NCBI GenBank assembly: GCA_947457565.1
Contig: CANGWH010000004.1
Location: 149 to 64,148 of the forward strand
Origin: Flavobacteriales bacterium
GTDB taxonomy: Bacteria; Bacteroidota; Bacteroidia; NS11-12g; UBA955
Length of the DNA stretch: 64,000 nt
Direction: 5' to 3'
Shown: positions 1 to 10,349 of the stretch, piece by piece
Layout: each line of letters starts with the position of its first letter
Position numbering within the stretch: the stretch's first letter is position 1
Notes under the pieces: model-generated
Databases searched by the model: none
The model's input: only the letters and a program-made list of their open reading frames with translations
What the model was told of the DNA's origin: nothing
Made by a program: the position numbers and the translations under genes

Positions 1-58
1 TCGATTAAAATCAGAAAAAGTGAGAAAAAATTGTTTCATATGGTATAACTTGCAAAGA

Positions 59-2491
59 ATGAGGTTCTTAACGGCAATCGTTGGGATGTTTCTTCTGAGC
101 AGTTTAACGAAGGCTCAGGTGCTGCAACCTATGGGTCCGGCGTTGCCGGGTAAGGTTGTAGCATCGTTTGCCTCCGGAAACGATTACTTGGCCTTATTTG
201 ATGAGATTTCCACCCCAGACAACAACGATTTTACCTTAGCCCGTTGGAACGGTGTATATTGGAAGTATTATCCAGGATTAACCACACCACCACCGGTAAC
301 TACCACCAGCGGTACCTATAATTTTCATTCTATCGCCCTGTACCGTGATACCATCTACGCAGCGGCGTATATTGCTAATGCAGTGCGTGATGCCGATGTG
401 GCAATCAGTCATTTGTACAAATGGACGGGTCAATATTGGGTGCCCGAAATTGGTGTGGTGGATACTCGAAATAACGGGATTATATCCATGACTGTTTTTG
501 ACGACAAATTGATCGTAGCTGGACTGTTTTCCAATACCTTAGACGGAACTTTGGTTCAAAACATCGCTGCTTTCGACGGAAATAAATGGTCGTACCTAGG
601 AAATAGCGGTACTCAGCAAGGTACGGATGGGGTGATACGATCCTTAGCTGTTTCAGGCAATCGATTATACATCGCGGGAGACTTTACCAAGTTCTGTGGA
701 ACTCAGACAGGAAATATTGCCTACTACACGGCTGCTAATGGCGGTTGGGGTGGTATCGGCAGCCCATTTGATGGTGAAGTTACCGAATTGGCCGCGTACG
801 ACGGTAAGTTAGCGGCTATTGGATATAACAATCAAGGGAAACGAGAAGTAAACGTTTTTCAAGGTACTTGGGGAAGTCCAATAAAGGATGATTCGTTCAG
901 TATTTTCAGTCCTACAACCATCGCCGGATCGGGCAAGCAATTGCTCATTGGCGGTAGTTTTGTTAAAAATGGTTCGGGAACGGCCTTGTTAACCTACGAT
1001 GGTACCAAACTTCAGTTAACGGGCAACAAGATAGCAGGAACCTTTACCTTGGGTCAGCGGGGCACGGAGGCATTTATTTGGGGTAATTTCATCGAATCAA
1101 ACACAGGGATTCGCAATTTTTCGAAAATCGAATCGCAAGCAGGTAATTTGTTTGGCGATGTGTACTACGATGTGAATACCAATTGCATCAAAGACGATAA
1201 TGAGATCGGATTGAGAAGGGTGATGGTTCGATTAATGAACAAAGTAACCGGTATTTCTTATTTCGCCCTCACCGATAGCTCTGGAAGATTTTCTGTTGCA
1301 TTACCGGCAGGGGACTATTCCGTACAATTGAATCCTGGCAAACACTTGATTAGTAGTTGTATTGGAAACTCATCGGCAAGAATACGAGAAGGCATTTACA
1401 GTTCTTTAACTCTAGGGTATTACCAACTTCCAAGCATCGTGGATGTGGAAGTGAAGACTTTGGGGATTGTTCCTTCGGAAACCAAACCCGGAGAGCAAGT
1501 AACCGCCTTGATATCGGTGAAAAACCACGGAGGAATGGCGCTAACTTCAGGTACTTTGCAGTTGAAGCACGCCGCCGAATTGGTGAATTTTCAAAGCAAT
1601 CCACCGGCCGATAATTATTCCGGAAACGAAGCCACCTACACTCTTACTGGACTAAAACCGTTTGCCGAAACTACATGGGAGGTAACGTTTGATTTACCCA
1701 CCAATGCAGGGTTAACGGATGATTATTTTATTCATGCGTACACGGGGACCTTGTTGTCTACTGGAGATGCCGATAAATTAGACAATAAGGATTCAGTTTC
1801 TTTGGGATTAACCCGAAGAGTAGGTAAAGCTGCTGTTACTAAAAACAGTTTGGAAGGTAGTAAGGTGGATTATCGAAATACCAAATGGAAGTACCGTGTG
1901 GATTTTGCTAACGTAGGCAATCAAATGGTACAACGTGCAGTGTTGTTTGATACATTGGATGCGAAACTACCCTTGATGCGCGTAAATGTCACCGGATTTT
2001 ATCCCTTAAATACTAAGTTAAGTATTCAGCAGGGCAGGGTCTTGGTGGTGGATTTCCCCGATGCAAACTTGGCGATTTTTGAAGCGAATCCTTCTAAAGC
2101 GGTTGGTTTTGTTGAATACCAATTGGAGTTGTTGAATCCGCTATCTAATGGTACGGTTATTAATAACCGCGCATTTGTAGATTACGATAGCAAGTGGATA
2201 GGGTATTCTCAAAATTGCGGTGTGGTATTAACCGATTTATTGTCGGTAAAATCATTGCAGAGAGGCTTGGATTTCGTGCTTTCACCCAATCCGGTATCGG
2301 ATGAATTGAAGATTTCTGGCTCTGCAAAACTTATGGGGCAAGCTTGGATTATTTACAATTCATCGGGCCAGCAAGTAGCTTCGGGAACCATTAATGCAGA
2401 GGTAATAATGCTAAATACCGGTAAATTTTCGAGTGGAATTTATTCCTTCACCGTAAACGGCGTGGCGCAAAAGTTTCAGGTATTGCGTTGA
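59..2491 (+). CDS. T9SS type-A CTD secreted protein: N-terminal beta-propeller-like repeats, SdrD-B/Cna-B-like domain, DUF11/DUF7619-like domains
   Basis: Signal peptide from ATG 59 (MRFLTAIVGMFLLSSLTKAQ; the ORF track starts at GTG 20). Propeller-type motifs LIVAGLF/LYIAGDF/NIAAFDGNKW. SdrD-B-like GDVYYDVNTNCIKDDNEIGL and TDSSGRF. C-terminal LSPNPVSDEL...GIYSF...QKFQVLR is a type-A CTD. Confidence 0.8.
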   Translation: MRFLTAIVGMFLLSSLTKAQVLQPMGPALPGKVVASFASGNDYLALFDEISTPDNNDFTLARWNGVYWKYYPGLTTPPPVTTTSGTYNFHSIALYRDTIYAAAYIANAVRDADVAISHLYKWTGQYWVPEIGVVDTRNNGIISMTVFDDKLIVAGLFSNTLDGTLVQNIAAFDGNKWSYLGNSGTQQGTDGVIRSLAVSGNRLYIAGDFTKFCGTQTGNIAYYTAANGGWGGIGSPFDGEVTELAAYDGKLAAIGYNNQGKREVNVFQGTWGSPIKDDSFSIFSPTTIAGSGKQLLIGGSFVKNGSGTALLTYDGTKLQLTGNKIAGTFTLGQRGTEAFIWGNFIESNTGIRNFSKIESQAGNLFGDVYYDVNTNCIKDDNEIGLRRVMVRLMNKVTGISYFALTDSSGRFSVALPAGDYSVQLNPGKHLISSCIGNSSARIREGIYSSLTLGYYQLPSIVDVEVKTLGIVPSETKPGEQVTALISVKNHGGMALTSGTLQLKHAAELVNFQSNPPADNYSGNEATYTLTGLKPFAETTWEVTFDLPTNAGLTDDYFIHAYTGTLLSTGDADKLDNKDSVSLGLTRRVGKAAVTKNSLEGSKVDYRNTKWKYRVDFANVGNQMVQRAVLFDTLDAKLPLMRVNVTGFYPLNTKLSIQQGRVLVVDFPDANLAIFEANPSKAVGFVEYQLELLNPLSNGTVINNRAFVDYDSKWIGYSQNCGVVLTDLLSVKSLQRGLDFVLSPNPVSDELKISGSAKLMGQAWIIYNSSGQQVASGTINAEVIMLNTGKFSSGIYSFTVNGVAQKFQVLR

Positions 2492-3384
2492 TAGTATTGG
2501 GCGATGCGATGAATATTGCACGTTCCCGTTTCCAATAATTCTTTACGGATTAAATCAGCAATCTCTTCGGCAGGTATTTTTTTCAACTGCTCTCGTTGGA
2601 TGAGCTTGATCACTTTCTCGGTTTGCAACTGCACGTACCGCTGTTGTTTGGTAGCGATTTGGCTGTGTTTGAAGATGGAATCGCTCAATTCTTGGATGCC
2701 CTGACCTGAAGTAGCCACCGTTCCAATCACCGGTTTCTCCCAAGAATCCGTGGCTGTGGAATGGGCTAATTGTCTGAGATGGTTAGCAAAGGTTTCCGCG
2801 CCATCACGATCACTTTTATTTACCACAAAAACATCGGCAATTTCCATAATGCCACTCTTCAGTGTTTGTACATCATCGCCACTTTCTGGAACACTCACCA
2901 CCACCGTGGTATCGGCGATACCGGCGATTTCAATTTCACTCTGACCTACGCCTACGGTTTCCACTACGATAAAATCAAAGGGGGCATGCTTTAGTACGTC
3001 GATAATTTCAATGATAGCAGTACTGAGTCCTCCCAAGGAACCGCGGGCCGAAACACTGCGGATATAGACATTTTCATGCAGGAACAAGCCTGGCATGCGG
3101 AGCCTATCGCCTAACAATGAACCAAAGTTGAACGGAGAACTAGGATCAACGGCCACGATGGCAGTTTTTTTACCCAAGGCGCTCCAATGCAATACCAATG
3201 CATTTACTAAGGAACTTTTTCCTGCACCGGGAGGGCCGGTGACGCCCACCACCACCGAATTGCCAGACAATTGGGTGAGTAAGTCTTGCGCTTTTGGGTG
3301 CTGATTTTCAACCCAAGAAATTGCTCGGGCAATGGCTTTTTCGTTGCCACTGGCTATCAATGCTGGAGTAGGTTGAAATTCCAT
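2476..3384 (-). CDS. meaB: Methylmalonyl-CoA mutase-associated GTPase MeaB (ArgK/MeaB family)
   Basis: GVTGPPGAGKSS Walker A, AVDPSSP, LLGDRLRM, RGSLGGLS, VETVGVGQSE, VVNKSD. Confidence 0.93.
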   Translation of the reverse strand: MEFQPTPALIASGNEKAIARAISWVENQHPKAQDLLTQLSGNSVVVGVTGPPGAGKSSLVNALVLHWSALGKKTAIVAVDPSSPFNFGSLLGDRLRMPGLFLHENVYIRSVSARGSLGGLSTAIIEIIDVLKHAPFDFIVVETVGVGQSEIEIAGIADTTVVVSVPESGDDVQTLKSGIMEIADVFVVNKSDRDGAETFANHLRQLAHSTATDSWEKPVIGTVATSGQGIQELSDSIFKHSQIATKQQRYVQLQTEKVIKLIQREQLKKIPAEEIADLIRKELLETGTCNIHRIAQYYQRNT

Positions 3385-3417
3385 TTGCTATGGGCGAAAA
3401 TAGGGAACCCGAAGGTT

Positions 3418-4470
3418 TTATGGTGTTCGGGTTTGAAAGTTGTGGGAATTGTTTTTGGAAAAGGGCGCAGCATCCATGGTAGATTGTATTCCTGCGTTTA
3501 ACAAAAAATGCCCCGCCATGGCAATCATCGCGGCATTATCGGTGCAAAATTCAAAGGATGGAATATGGCTGTTGAGTTTGAATTTTTCTCCCATGAGGAT
3601 AAACGCCTTGCGCAACTCCGAATTTGCCGATACGCCCCCGGCTAAACCAATGGAACCGGGTTTGTGTTTCTCGATGGCTTTTTTTAATCGCTTCATCAGT
3701 ATGTTCACCACTTGGTGTTGGTAGGAAGCGCAAATGTTGGCAATTTCATCGGCCACAAAATTGGGGTTCTTATCGATTTCTTTTCGCAAGAAGTAGAGTA
3801 ACGAAGTTTTAATTCCAGAAAAACTAAAGTCCAAAGGTGCGGTTTGGCTATCGGGGAAATCATAGGCTTTTGCATTGCCTTGCGCTGCATATTTATCGAT
3901 CAAGGGTCCACCAGGATATCCCAAGCCCAGTAATTTAGCCGCTTTATCAAAGGCCTCCCCGGCAGCATCGTCTATGGTAGTTCCGATAATTTCCATGGAA
4001 TCTACGGATTCTACCCAAACTAGCTGCGTATGTCCGCCGCTTACCAACAACGCAATCATGGGCAATTGGAGGTTGGGGGTTTCAATAAACAAGGCCGAAA
4101 TATGCGCTTGTAAATGATTTACGCCTACAAACGGGATGTTGGCACCCAACGCTAACCCTTTGGCAAATTGGAAACCCACCTGCAACGAACCTAAGAGTCC
4201 AGGGCCTTGGGTAACCGCGATAGCATCGATATCTTGAATGGTTTTCCCTGCTTTGTTCAGTGCTTCAGAAACCACGGGAATGATGTTACTTTGGTGGGCT
4301 CTGGAAGCCAGTTCTGGAACCACGCCACCGTATTGTTCGTGTACTTTTTGGGTAGCGGTAATGTTGGCAAGAATTTTGCCGTTTTCAAACACGGCCGCCG
4401 CGGTATCGTCGCAACTGCTTTCGATGCCCAAAATAATGGAATGCGGTATGGGTTGTGTATTGGTAGGCAA
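3418..4470 (-). CDS. tsaD: tRNA N6-adenosine threonylcarbamoyltransferase TsaD
   Basis: LGIESSCDDT, GGVVPELASRAH, GPGL, NHLQAH, LLVSGGHT, DDAAGEAFDK, GYPGGP, FSFSGIKT, CTDNAAMIA. Confidence 0.97.
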   Translation of the reverse strand: MPTNTQPIPHSIILGIESSCDDTAAAVFENGKILANITATQKVHEQYGGVVPELASRAHQSNIIPVVSEALNKAGKTIQDIDAIAVTQGPGLLGSLQVGFQFAKGLALGANIPFVGVNHLQAHISALFIETPNLQLPMIALLVSGGHTQLVWVESVDSMEIIGTTIDDAAGEAFDKAAKLLGLGYPGGPLIDKYAAQGNAKAYDFPDSQTAPLDFSFSGIKTSLLYFLRKEIDKNPNFVADEIANICASYQHQVVNILMKRLKKAIEKHKPGSIGLAGGVSANSELRKAFILMGEKFKLNSHIPSFEFCTDNAAMIAMAGHFLLNAGIQSTMDAAPFSKNNSHNFQTRTP

Positions 4471-4472
4471 GT

Positions 4473-7400
4473 ATGGATGTTAACTTTGAAGGATTGACTA
4501 AACGGCGCACAAAATTACGGAAGTTTTTACTTCTGACGTTGCTGGCATTTCTGATGTTTTCGGGAATGGCCGCTGTTTTGACGCGCAATCAAATCGTTCA
4601 GAATTATTTAGCCAAGCGAGCCGCTACTTTTTTATCCAAGGAATGGAAAACCAAGGTAGAGATTGGCTATGTATCCATCGATTTCTTGAGAACGTTCCAC
4701 ATTGAGAACCTGCGCATCTACGATAAGCATCAAGATACCTTGCTGCAATGGGGGGCTTTGGATGCCCGAATTGATGAATACAGTTGGGCCAACAAGCACC
4801 TGTTTTTAGAGCATTTGAGCATCAAAAACCTGTTGTTTAAAAACGGTCAACACAAAAAGGGCGAAGATTTAAACCACGGTTTTCTAATCGATTATTTCGC
4901 TTCTTCGGATACCACCACAAGCACCGGGAAAGCCCTGCAAATTTCTATGGGTACTATGGAGTTGGTGGATGGTAAATTTGTATATTTTCATCAGCAGACC
5001 CAAGCTGCCTACCCAGAAATGGATCCGGATTATTTGGTGTTCGATAGAATTAATATTGGTATTCGGGATGTGAAAATCGACGAAAAATCCTTGTTGAGAG
5101 GTCAGATTTATCAATTCGCCACCCGCGAACGTTCGGGCTTGGAAGTGGTGGAGGGAACTGCGTTTTTGGATATTACCAACAACTACATCGACCTACGAAA
5201 AATGGAACTCAAAACGCCCTGTTCGCGAATTAAAGACCGGGTAAAAATCATGTTCGATAGTTGGACCGATTTTGATGAGGTAGAAACGAAAGTACAATGG
5301 TTATTTGATATCAAAGATTCGGAAATTTGTTTGGAAGAATTGGTGGCATTTCACCCTTGGTTTGAGCAACGAAACTTATTGCTACTGTTGAGCGGTAAAG
5401 CTACGGGAACTTTTGCCAATTTGCGTTCCAACGACGTTTGGATTAGAGGGGATGAGTCCAATACCAACCTCAGAGGACCTTTGCAACTCAAGCATTTGAT
5501 AGAACTCAGTAAGTTTGAATATCACTATCAATTAGAAAATTCCAGCGTGGACATGGGGGATTTAAGCAGGGTGGTGTACGAATTGGACTCGGTGCCGGTG
5601 GTACGATCCTTGGGTCCGTTGGAGGTGCAAGGTAAATTGAATGGGACGTTAAACTGGGTTGATTTTGATGGTTGGTTGAACAATAAAATCGCATCGTATT
5701 CGGGGTATTCGTTGTTTGATTATACTACATCGGTAGAATTAACGAAATACCAGTTATTGGGCGATTTACAGCGATTGGAATTGAATCAATTGCCAGAGTT
5801 TTTCCCAGCTTTGGCGCTATACGATACCAAAGTAGATGTGAATGGCACTGGATTTTATTCGCCAGAAATCCAATTGAATTCGTTGCTTAAAATTGGACAG
5901 CTGCAGTATTTGGATCGGGTTATTGACCGCATCCAGTTAACCGCATCCCTGGCGGAAGATGATGTAGAGTATTTAGTAGATTCTAAAGATTCATCGTTTA
6001 AGATTAGCAGTATTGGAAGTATCGAGAATGTGTCTAGTAACCCACATTTTCAAGGCGGGGCGAGCATTCAGCGGTTGGTGCTAAATTCTATGGGGTTGGA
6101 TTCTGTACCCTTGGTAATCAAGGGTAGTTTGGATTACGACTACACGGGTACAACATTGAGTGAATCTAAATTTTGGTTAACCGTGGATAACGCTGATATT
6201 ACCATGGGCCAAAACCGCTACTATTGCAAGGAGCAGCAAATCAATAAAGACCCTGAACGAGGATGGGAATTTGACGGTTCCTGGTTGCAGGGAAATATCA
6301 CGGCAGGGTTTGATATCGATAAAACTGCCGATTTAACGCAGTTGTTGCTGCACAGTCAATTCCCTGAGGATTTCGAAAAACCGGTATTTGCCAAGAATCA
6401 GGATTTTCAGTTCAATTTACGGATGATTCAAACCGATTGGATTCCCCAGTTTTTGGTTAAAAATCTTTCGTTAGGTTTAGTAAACGCGGTGGGAAGTGTA
6501 AATACTTCCAGCAATAAAATGGATATAGAAGTTGGGCCGTTAGAAGTGGGGTATAACGAGGTAGAGATGCAGAGACTGAGAGTATCCGTGCATACGGACG
6601 AATTCCAATCTGGCAGATTGCAAATTTCCACGGGTTCGGCTTCGATTGGGAAAACAAAGTACGACGAGTTGGCGTTGGGTGCGGTTTTGAAGCACGGACA
6701 ATTATCGTTAGCCTTGGGCTTGCATGACGAAAAGGATCGCTACCAACTATCGTTGCAAACGGAAAGTGAGAATAACAAAGATTCCATCAATACAAAATTT
6801 GCGTCCACGCAACTCCGGTTATACAACAATCCATGGTATGTAGATCCAACAGCTCGTTTAAACTATGTGAAAGGTAAGCGTTGGGATGTAAACAAGTTTG
6901 TAATGGCCGATGCCGATCACTATCTGGAAGTAAGTGGGGCGATTTCAAAAAGTTTGAAAGACACGCTGCATGTGGAGTTCCACAACTTAACGCCGCAGGT
7001 GTTAATCCCGTTTTTTCCTGAAAACACGTTTGATACCTTGGATTTCCATGCATCGGCCGATTTTAAGGTAGCCGGGGTATTGGGCGATCAAGTGTTTTTG
7101 GGGACTTGCATGGTGAATAATCTAACCTATTATGGGTACAATTACGGATCCATTGATGTGGATTTACGGGATGCAGGTAAGCAAGGGTTGCTTGGAATTG
7201 CGGCTCGTGGTAGAAAAGGAGCCATCAAAGGATTGGCATTGCTGGGAAGTGTAGATTTATTGAACAGCGAAAAGTGGGTAGATATGTACCTGGACGTGCC
7301 ATTGAAAACCCCTGCGAAAATTTTGAAGCCGTTTTTGGATGGGGCTGTAACCGTAAATGAAGGGTATTTAGATGGAGTGGTAAATATTGTGGGTCCAACC

Positions 7401-8951
7401 AACAATATACGGTTAGACGGGGAGATCAATGCACGAGATGTGTTGTTTGGGGTAGATTATTTAGGTACTTTTTATCGATTTACCGGAAAATTTGATGTGA
7501 ATACGAATGGGGTGTTTACCCAAAAACCGATTGAACTTACGGGTAAGACGGGATTGAATGGAAAGGCTAAAGCAAGTTTGGCGTTTACTTGGAAGAATTA
7601 TTCGGATTTTGCCTTGGATATTCGGGTGTACGATGCCAAAAATTTGAAGGTATTGGAAACCACCGAAAAAGATAATTCCTTGTTTTATGGAACGGGCAGA
7701 GCCGCCGGTAGTTGTAGAATTTATGGACCCATCGATAAAATCAATATTCTTGCCGATTTAACCCCTGAAAAGAACGCAAAAGTGAGTGTATTATATCCTT
7801 CGTCTAACGAAAATTACATCTCCAATGGGGTGGTGTTTAAGGATCGGGACAATGAGGATAAACAGATAAAAACAGCGCAGATTGTTTCCGATGAGGAAGA
7901 ATCGGTATTGGGGAAAATTGAAGTGATTATTCATGCCAATACTAACCTGGAAGCCGAATTTGTGATAGATAAAAAGTTAGGAGATATTATTCGAGGAAGA
8001 GGCAAGGGGGATTTGCGGTTGCTGTACGATGAAAACGAGGATTTATATTTATTTGGAGCCTATGTTATTGCCAATGGGGAATATCAGTTTTCCTTGCCTG
8101 GAATCAACTTAACGAAGAAAATGCTGTTGGATGATGGCGGTATGATTACTTGGACGGGCGATCCTTATAACGCCAATGTTTCCATGATTGGAAAGGTTCA
8201 AAAAAGAATATCCCCGTCTCAATTGATGTCAACCATGGGCGGTAGCGGAACCAATTATCCTGCTACCTTAATTGTAAGTCAATTATTGATGACGGGCAAT
8301 TTAATGCGTCCCAACATTAGTTTCGATATTTTAGCGCCGGAATTGGAGAAATCGGGTGGCAGCAACAGCGAAGTGAATGCGGTAATTCAGCGAATCCGGC
8401 AGGACAAAGACGAAACGATGCGCCAATCGATCGCCTTGTTATTGTTCGGTAATTTTATGCCACCGTCATTTTCAAACGGCAGCGCGGGTGCGGCCAATAT
8501 GCTGTCTGGGGCGGGCGTGGCGGGTAATTCAGTTTCCAATATTGCCTCAAACGTGGTGAATGATTTGTTTTCCAAAGCGGGTATACCCACGCGTATTCAA
8601 GTGAATTATGACGATGTGCGATCGGCATCCAGAGGTAGCAATGGATTGGTATTTATTAATAGTGAATGGTTTTTGTCGGATCGATTGCGTTTGGATGTGA
8701 ATTATGACCCCACGGTTTCCATGGTGGGACTGGCCATGCCGTTTAATTTAAATCTAGAATACATGACGCGGAACGATCATTGGAAGCTCAAGGCTTTTTC
8801 TCGTTCCAGCAATATGTTGCTGCAGCAGTCTGGAACTACCACCAATGGGGTTTCGGGCAATACGTTGGGAACGGGATTGGTTTATCGTCGTGAATTTGAT
8901 TCTTTTAAACGAAGAAAGAGTGTTTTAGATTCCGCGGTGGAGTCGCCCTAG
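4473..8951 (+). CDS. tamB: Translocation/assembly module TamB-like (AsmA-like) protein; start may be TTG 4494
   Basis: 1492 aa with an N-terminal TM anchor followed by VQNYLAK...VEIGYVSIDF. Beta-rich throughout, with C-terminal GMITWTGDPYNA...LMRPNISFDI. Divergent from tsaD, as commonly seen in Bacteroidota. Confidence 0.8.
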   Translation: MDVNFEGLTKRRTKLRKFLLLTLLAFLMFSGMAAVLTRNQIVQNYLAKRAATFLSKEWKTKVEIGYVSIDFLRTFHIENLRIYDKHQDTLLQWGALDARIDEYSWANKHLFLEHLSIKNLLFKNGQHKKGEDLNHGFLIDYFASSDTTTSTGKALQISMGTMELVDGKFVYFHQQTQAAYPEMDPDYLVFDRINIGIRDVKIDEKSLLRGQIYQFATRERSGLEVVEGTAFLDITNNYIDLRKMELKTPCSRIKDRVKIMFDSWTDFDEVETKVQWLFDIKDSEICLEELVAFHPWFEQRNLLLLLSGKATGTFANLRSNDVWIRGDESNTNLRGPLQLKHLIELSKFEYHYQLENSSVDMGDLSRVVYELDSVPVVRSLGPLEVQGKLNGTLNWVDFDGWLNNKIASYSGYSLFDYTTSVELTKYQLLGDLQRLELNQLPEFFPALALYDTKVDVNGTGFYSPEIQLNSLLKIGQLQYLDRVIDRIQLTASLAEDDVEYLVDSKDSSFKISSIGSIENVSSNPHFQGGASIQRLVLNSMGLDSVPLVIKGSLDYDYTGTTLSESKFWLTVDNADITMGQNRYYCKEQQINKDPERGWEFDGSWLQGNITAGFDIDKTADLTQLLLHSQFPEDFEKPVFAKNQDFQFNLRMIQTDWIPQFLVKNLSLGLVNAVGSVNTSSNKMDIEVGPLEVGYNEVEMQRLRVSVHTDEFQSGRLQISTGSASIGKTKYDELALGAVLKHGQLSLALGLHDEKDRYQLSLQTESENNKDSINTKFASTQLRLYNNPWYVDPTARLNYVKGKRWDVNKFVMADADHYLEVSGAISKSLKDTLHVEFHNLTPQVLIPFFPENTFDTLDFHASADFKVAGVLGDQVFLGTCMVNNLTYYGYNYGSIDVDLRDAGKQGLLGIAARGRKGAIKGLALLGSVDLLNSEKWVDMYLDVPLKTPAKILKPFLDGAVTVNEGYLDGVVNIVGPTNNIRLDGEINARDVLFGVDYLGTFYRFTGKFDVNTNGVFTQKPIELTGKTGLNGKAKASLAFTWKNYSDFALDIRVYDAKNLKVLETTEKDNSLFYGTGRAAGSCRIYGPIDKINILADLTPEKNAKVSVLYPSSNENYISNGVVFKDRDNEDKQIKTAQIVSDEEESVLGKIEVIIHANTNLEAEFVIDKKLGDIIRGRGKGDLRLLYDENEDLYLFGAYVIANGEYQFSLPGINLTKKMLLDDGGMITWTGDPYNANVSMIGKVQKRISPSQLMSTMGGSGTNYPATLIVSQLLMTGNLMRPNISFDILAPELEKSGGSNSEVNAVIQRIRQDKDETMRQSIALLLFGNFMPPSFSNGSAGAANMLSGAGVAGNSVSNIASNVVNDLFSKAGIPTRIQVNYDDVRSASRGSNGLVFINSEWFLSDRLRLDVNYDPTVSMVGLAMPFNLNLEYMTRNDHWKLKAFSRSSNMLLQQSGTTTNGVSGNTLGTGLVYRREFDSFKRRKSVLDSAVESP
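4481..4488 (+). promoter_or_regulatory. Bacteroidota -7 promoter element (TAACTTTG) for tamB
   Basis: Exact TAnnTTTG match 5 nt before the in-frame TTG at 4494. Confidence 0.5.
4510..4517 (-). promoter_or_regulatory. Bacteroidota -7 promoter element (TAATTTTG) for tsaD
   Basis: The + strand caaaatta reads TAATTTTG on the minus strand, ~40 nt upstream of the tsaD start. Confidence 0.5.
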
Positions 8952-8961
8952 AATTATTCGG

Positions 8962-8969
8962 TATTTTTG
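8962..8969 (+). promoter_or_regulatory. -7 promoter element (TATTTTTG) for the ABC permease
   Basis: TAnnTTTG match in the short intergenic gap. Confidence 0.5.
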
Positions 8970-8990
8970 TGAACGTTTAATTTATCTATT

Positions 8991-10256
8991 GTGAAACCTG
9001 GAATATTTTTATTAGAAACCGCTAAATATAGTCTGGGTTCCATTCGGCAGAATAAGCTGCGTAGCGTATTGTCTGTTTTGGGCATTACCATCGGGATTTA
9101 TTGCATTATTGCGGTGTATGCGTTGGTGCATTCCATGGAAATAAACATCAATCGGCAGTTTACTAAATTTGGGACGGACGTGGTTTTTGTACAAAAATGG
9201 CCTTGGGATCAATGGGGTTCTAACTATCCATGGTGGAAATTTTTAGGCAGGCCCGTTTCATCGCCAACGGAGGCTCAATTTATTGAGGATAAAATGGTGG
9301 GTAAAATGGCGGAAAAAGTGGCGTATATATTTAGCAATGATGAGAAAATCCAGGCCAACGCAACAATTTTATCGGGCACTACGGTTCAGTGCATCAGCGA
9401 GAATTTTGCGGAGATACAGGATATTCGAGTGGAAACCGGTAGATTATTTACGGCACAAGAAATCAATAGTGGTGAACCGGTAGCGGTAATTGGGTCAACC
9501 ATTGCTAGGGAATTGTTTAGCGGGAGGGCTATCGGCCAAAAAATTCGGATTGGGTCCCGTATTTGCTCAGTAATTGGGGTGATTGAATTGGAGGGCAGTA
9601 GCATAATTAATAACAGTAAAGACGATCAAGTGTTTATCCCGTTAACGTTGGGTTTGAATATGTATTCGTACCGGGACAACGAAGATGCTCAAATATTGAT
9701 AAAGGCAGCGAAGGGTGTAACCTTGGATGATTTAACGGTGGAAGTAGATTTGCTGCTAAGGCAATATCGGAAAATTAAACCAGGGAAAGAATCCAATTTC
9801 GCTGTTAACCGCATGACCATGATTACCTCCGCAGTGAGCGAATTGTTCTCGCAAATTCAAAAAATAGGGGTGGTTATTGGGGGATTTGCCATGTTGGTAG
9901 GTTGCTTTGGCGTTGCCAACATCATGTTTGTGAGTGTAAAGGAGAGGACCAAGGAAATTGGAATACAAAAGGCGTTGGGTGCTCCAAGTATTTTTATTCA
10001 ATTGCAGTTTCTATTGGAAGCAGTTTGGTTGTGTATTTTGGGGGGATTGATTGGAATGCTGCTGGTTTGGTTAACGTTTATTGGGCTTAATGCCGTATTG
10101 AAAACTATGATGGATGGGGGCGTAACTCTAATATTATCGCCGTCAGACACGTATTTGGGCTTGTGGGTATCGGCCGCTGTGGGCGTATTGGCCGGGTTTA
10201 TTCCTGCAACGCGTGCAGCACGGTTGAACCCGGTGGAGGCTATGCGCGCCAAATAG
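8991..10256 (+). CDS. ABC transporter permease, MacB/FtsX family
   Basis: NKLRSVLSVLGITIG TM1, large periplasmic domain, GVANIMFVSVKERTKEIGIQKALGA, FLLEA, PATRAARLNPVEAMR. Confidence 0.92.
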   Translation: MKPGIFLLETAKYSLGSIRQNKLRSVLSVLGITIGIYCIIAVYALVHSMEININRQFTKFGTDVVFVQKWPWDQWGSNYPWWKFLGRPVSSPTEAQFIEDKMVGKMAEKVAYIFSNDEKIQANATILSGTTVQCISENFAEIQDIRVETGRLFTAQEINSGEPVAVIGSTIARELFSGRAIGQKIRIGSRICSVIGVIELEGSSIINNSKDDQVFIPLTLGLNMYSYRDNEDAQILIKAAKGVTLDDLTVEVDLLLRQYRKIKPGKESNFAVNRMTMITSAVSELFSQIQKIGVVIGGFAMLVGCFGVANIMFVSVKERTKEIGIQKALGAPSIFIQLQFLLEAVWLCILGGLIGMLLVWLTFIGLNAVLKTMMDGGVTLILSPSDTYLGLWVSAAVGVLAGFIPATRAARLNPVEAMRAK

Positions 10257-10323
10257 TTGAGGATATTACGAATAGTTTTGTGTTATTAAACGTTTAACAG
10301 AACAATTGTTACAACAACAATGT

Positions 10324-10331
10324 TAACTTTG
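10324..10331 (+). promoter_or_regulatory. -7 promoter element (TAACTTTG) for the TonB-dependent receptor
   Basis: TAnnTTTG match 18 nt upstream of ATG 10350. Confidence 0.5.
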
Positions 10332-10349
10332 TAGATATTCACTGTTTCC

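Noticed and set aside
2476..3384. meaB without an adjacent methylmalonyl-CoA mutase
   Set aside because: Dispersed pathway genes are normal in Bacteroidota.
8991..10256. ABC permease lacking an ATPase partner
   Set aside because: Stand-alone MacB-like permeases are common in this phylum.
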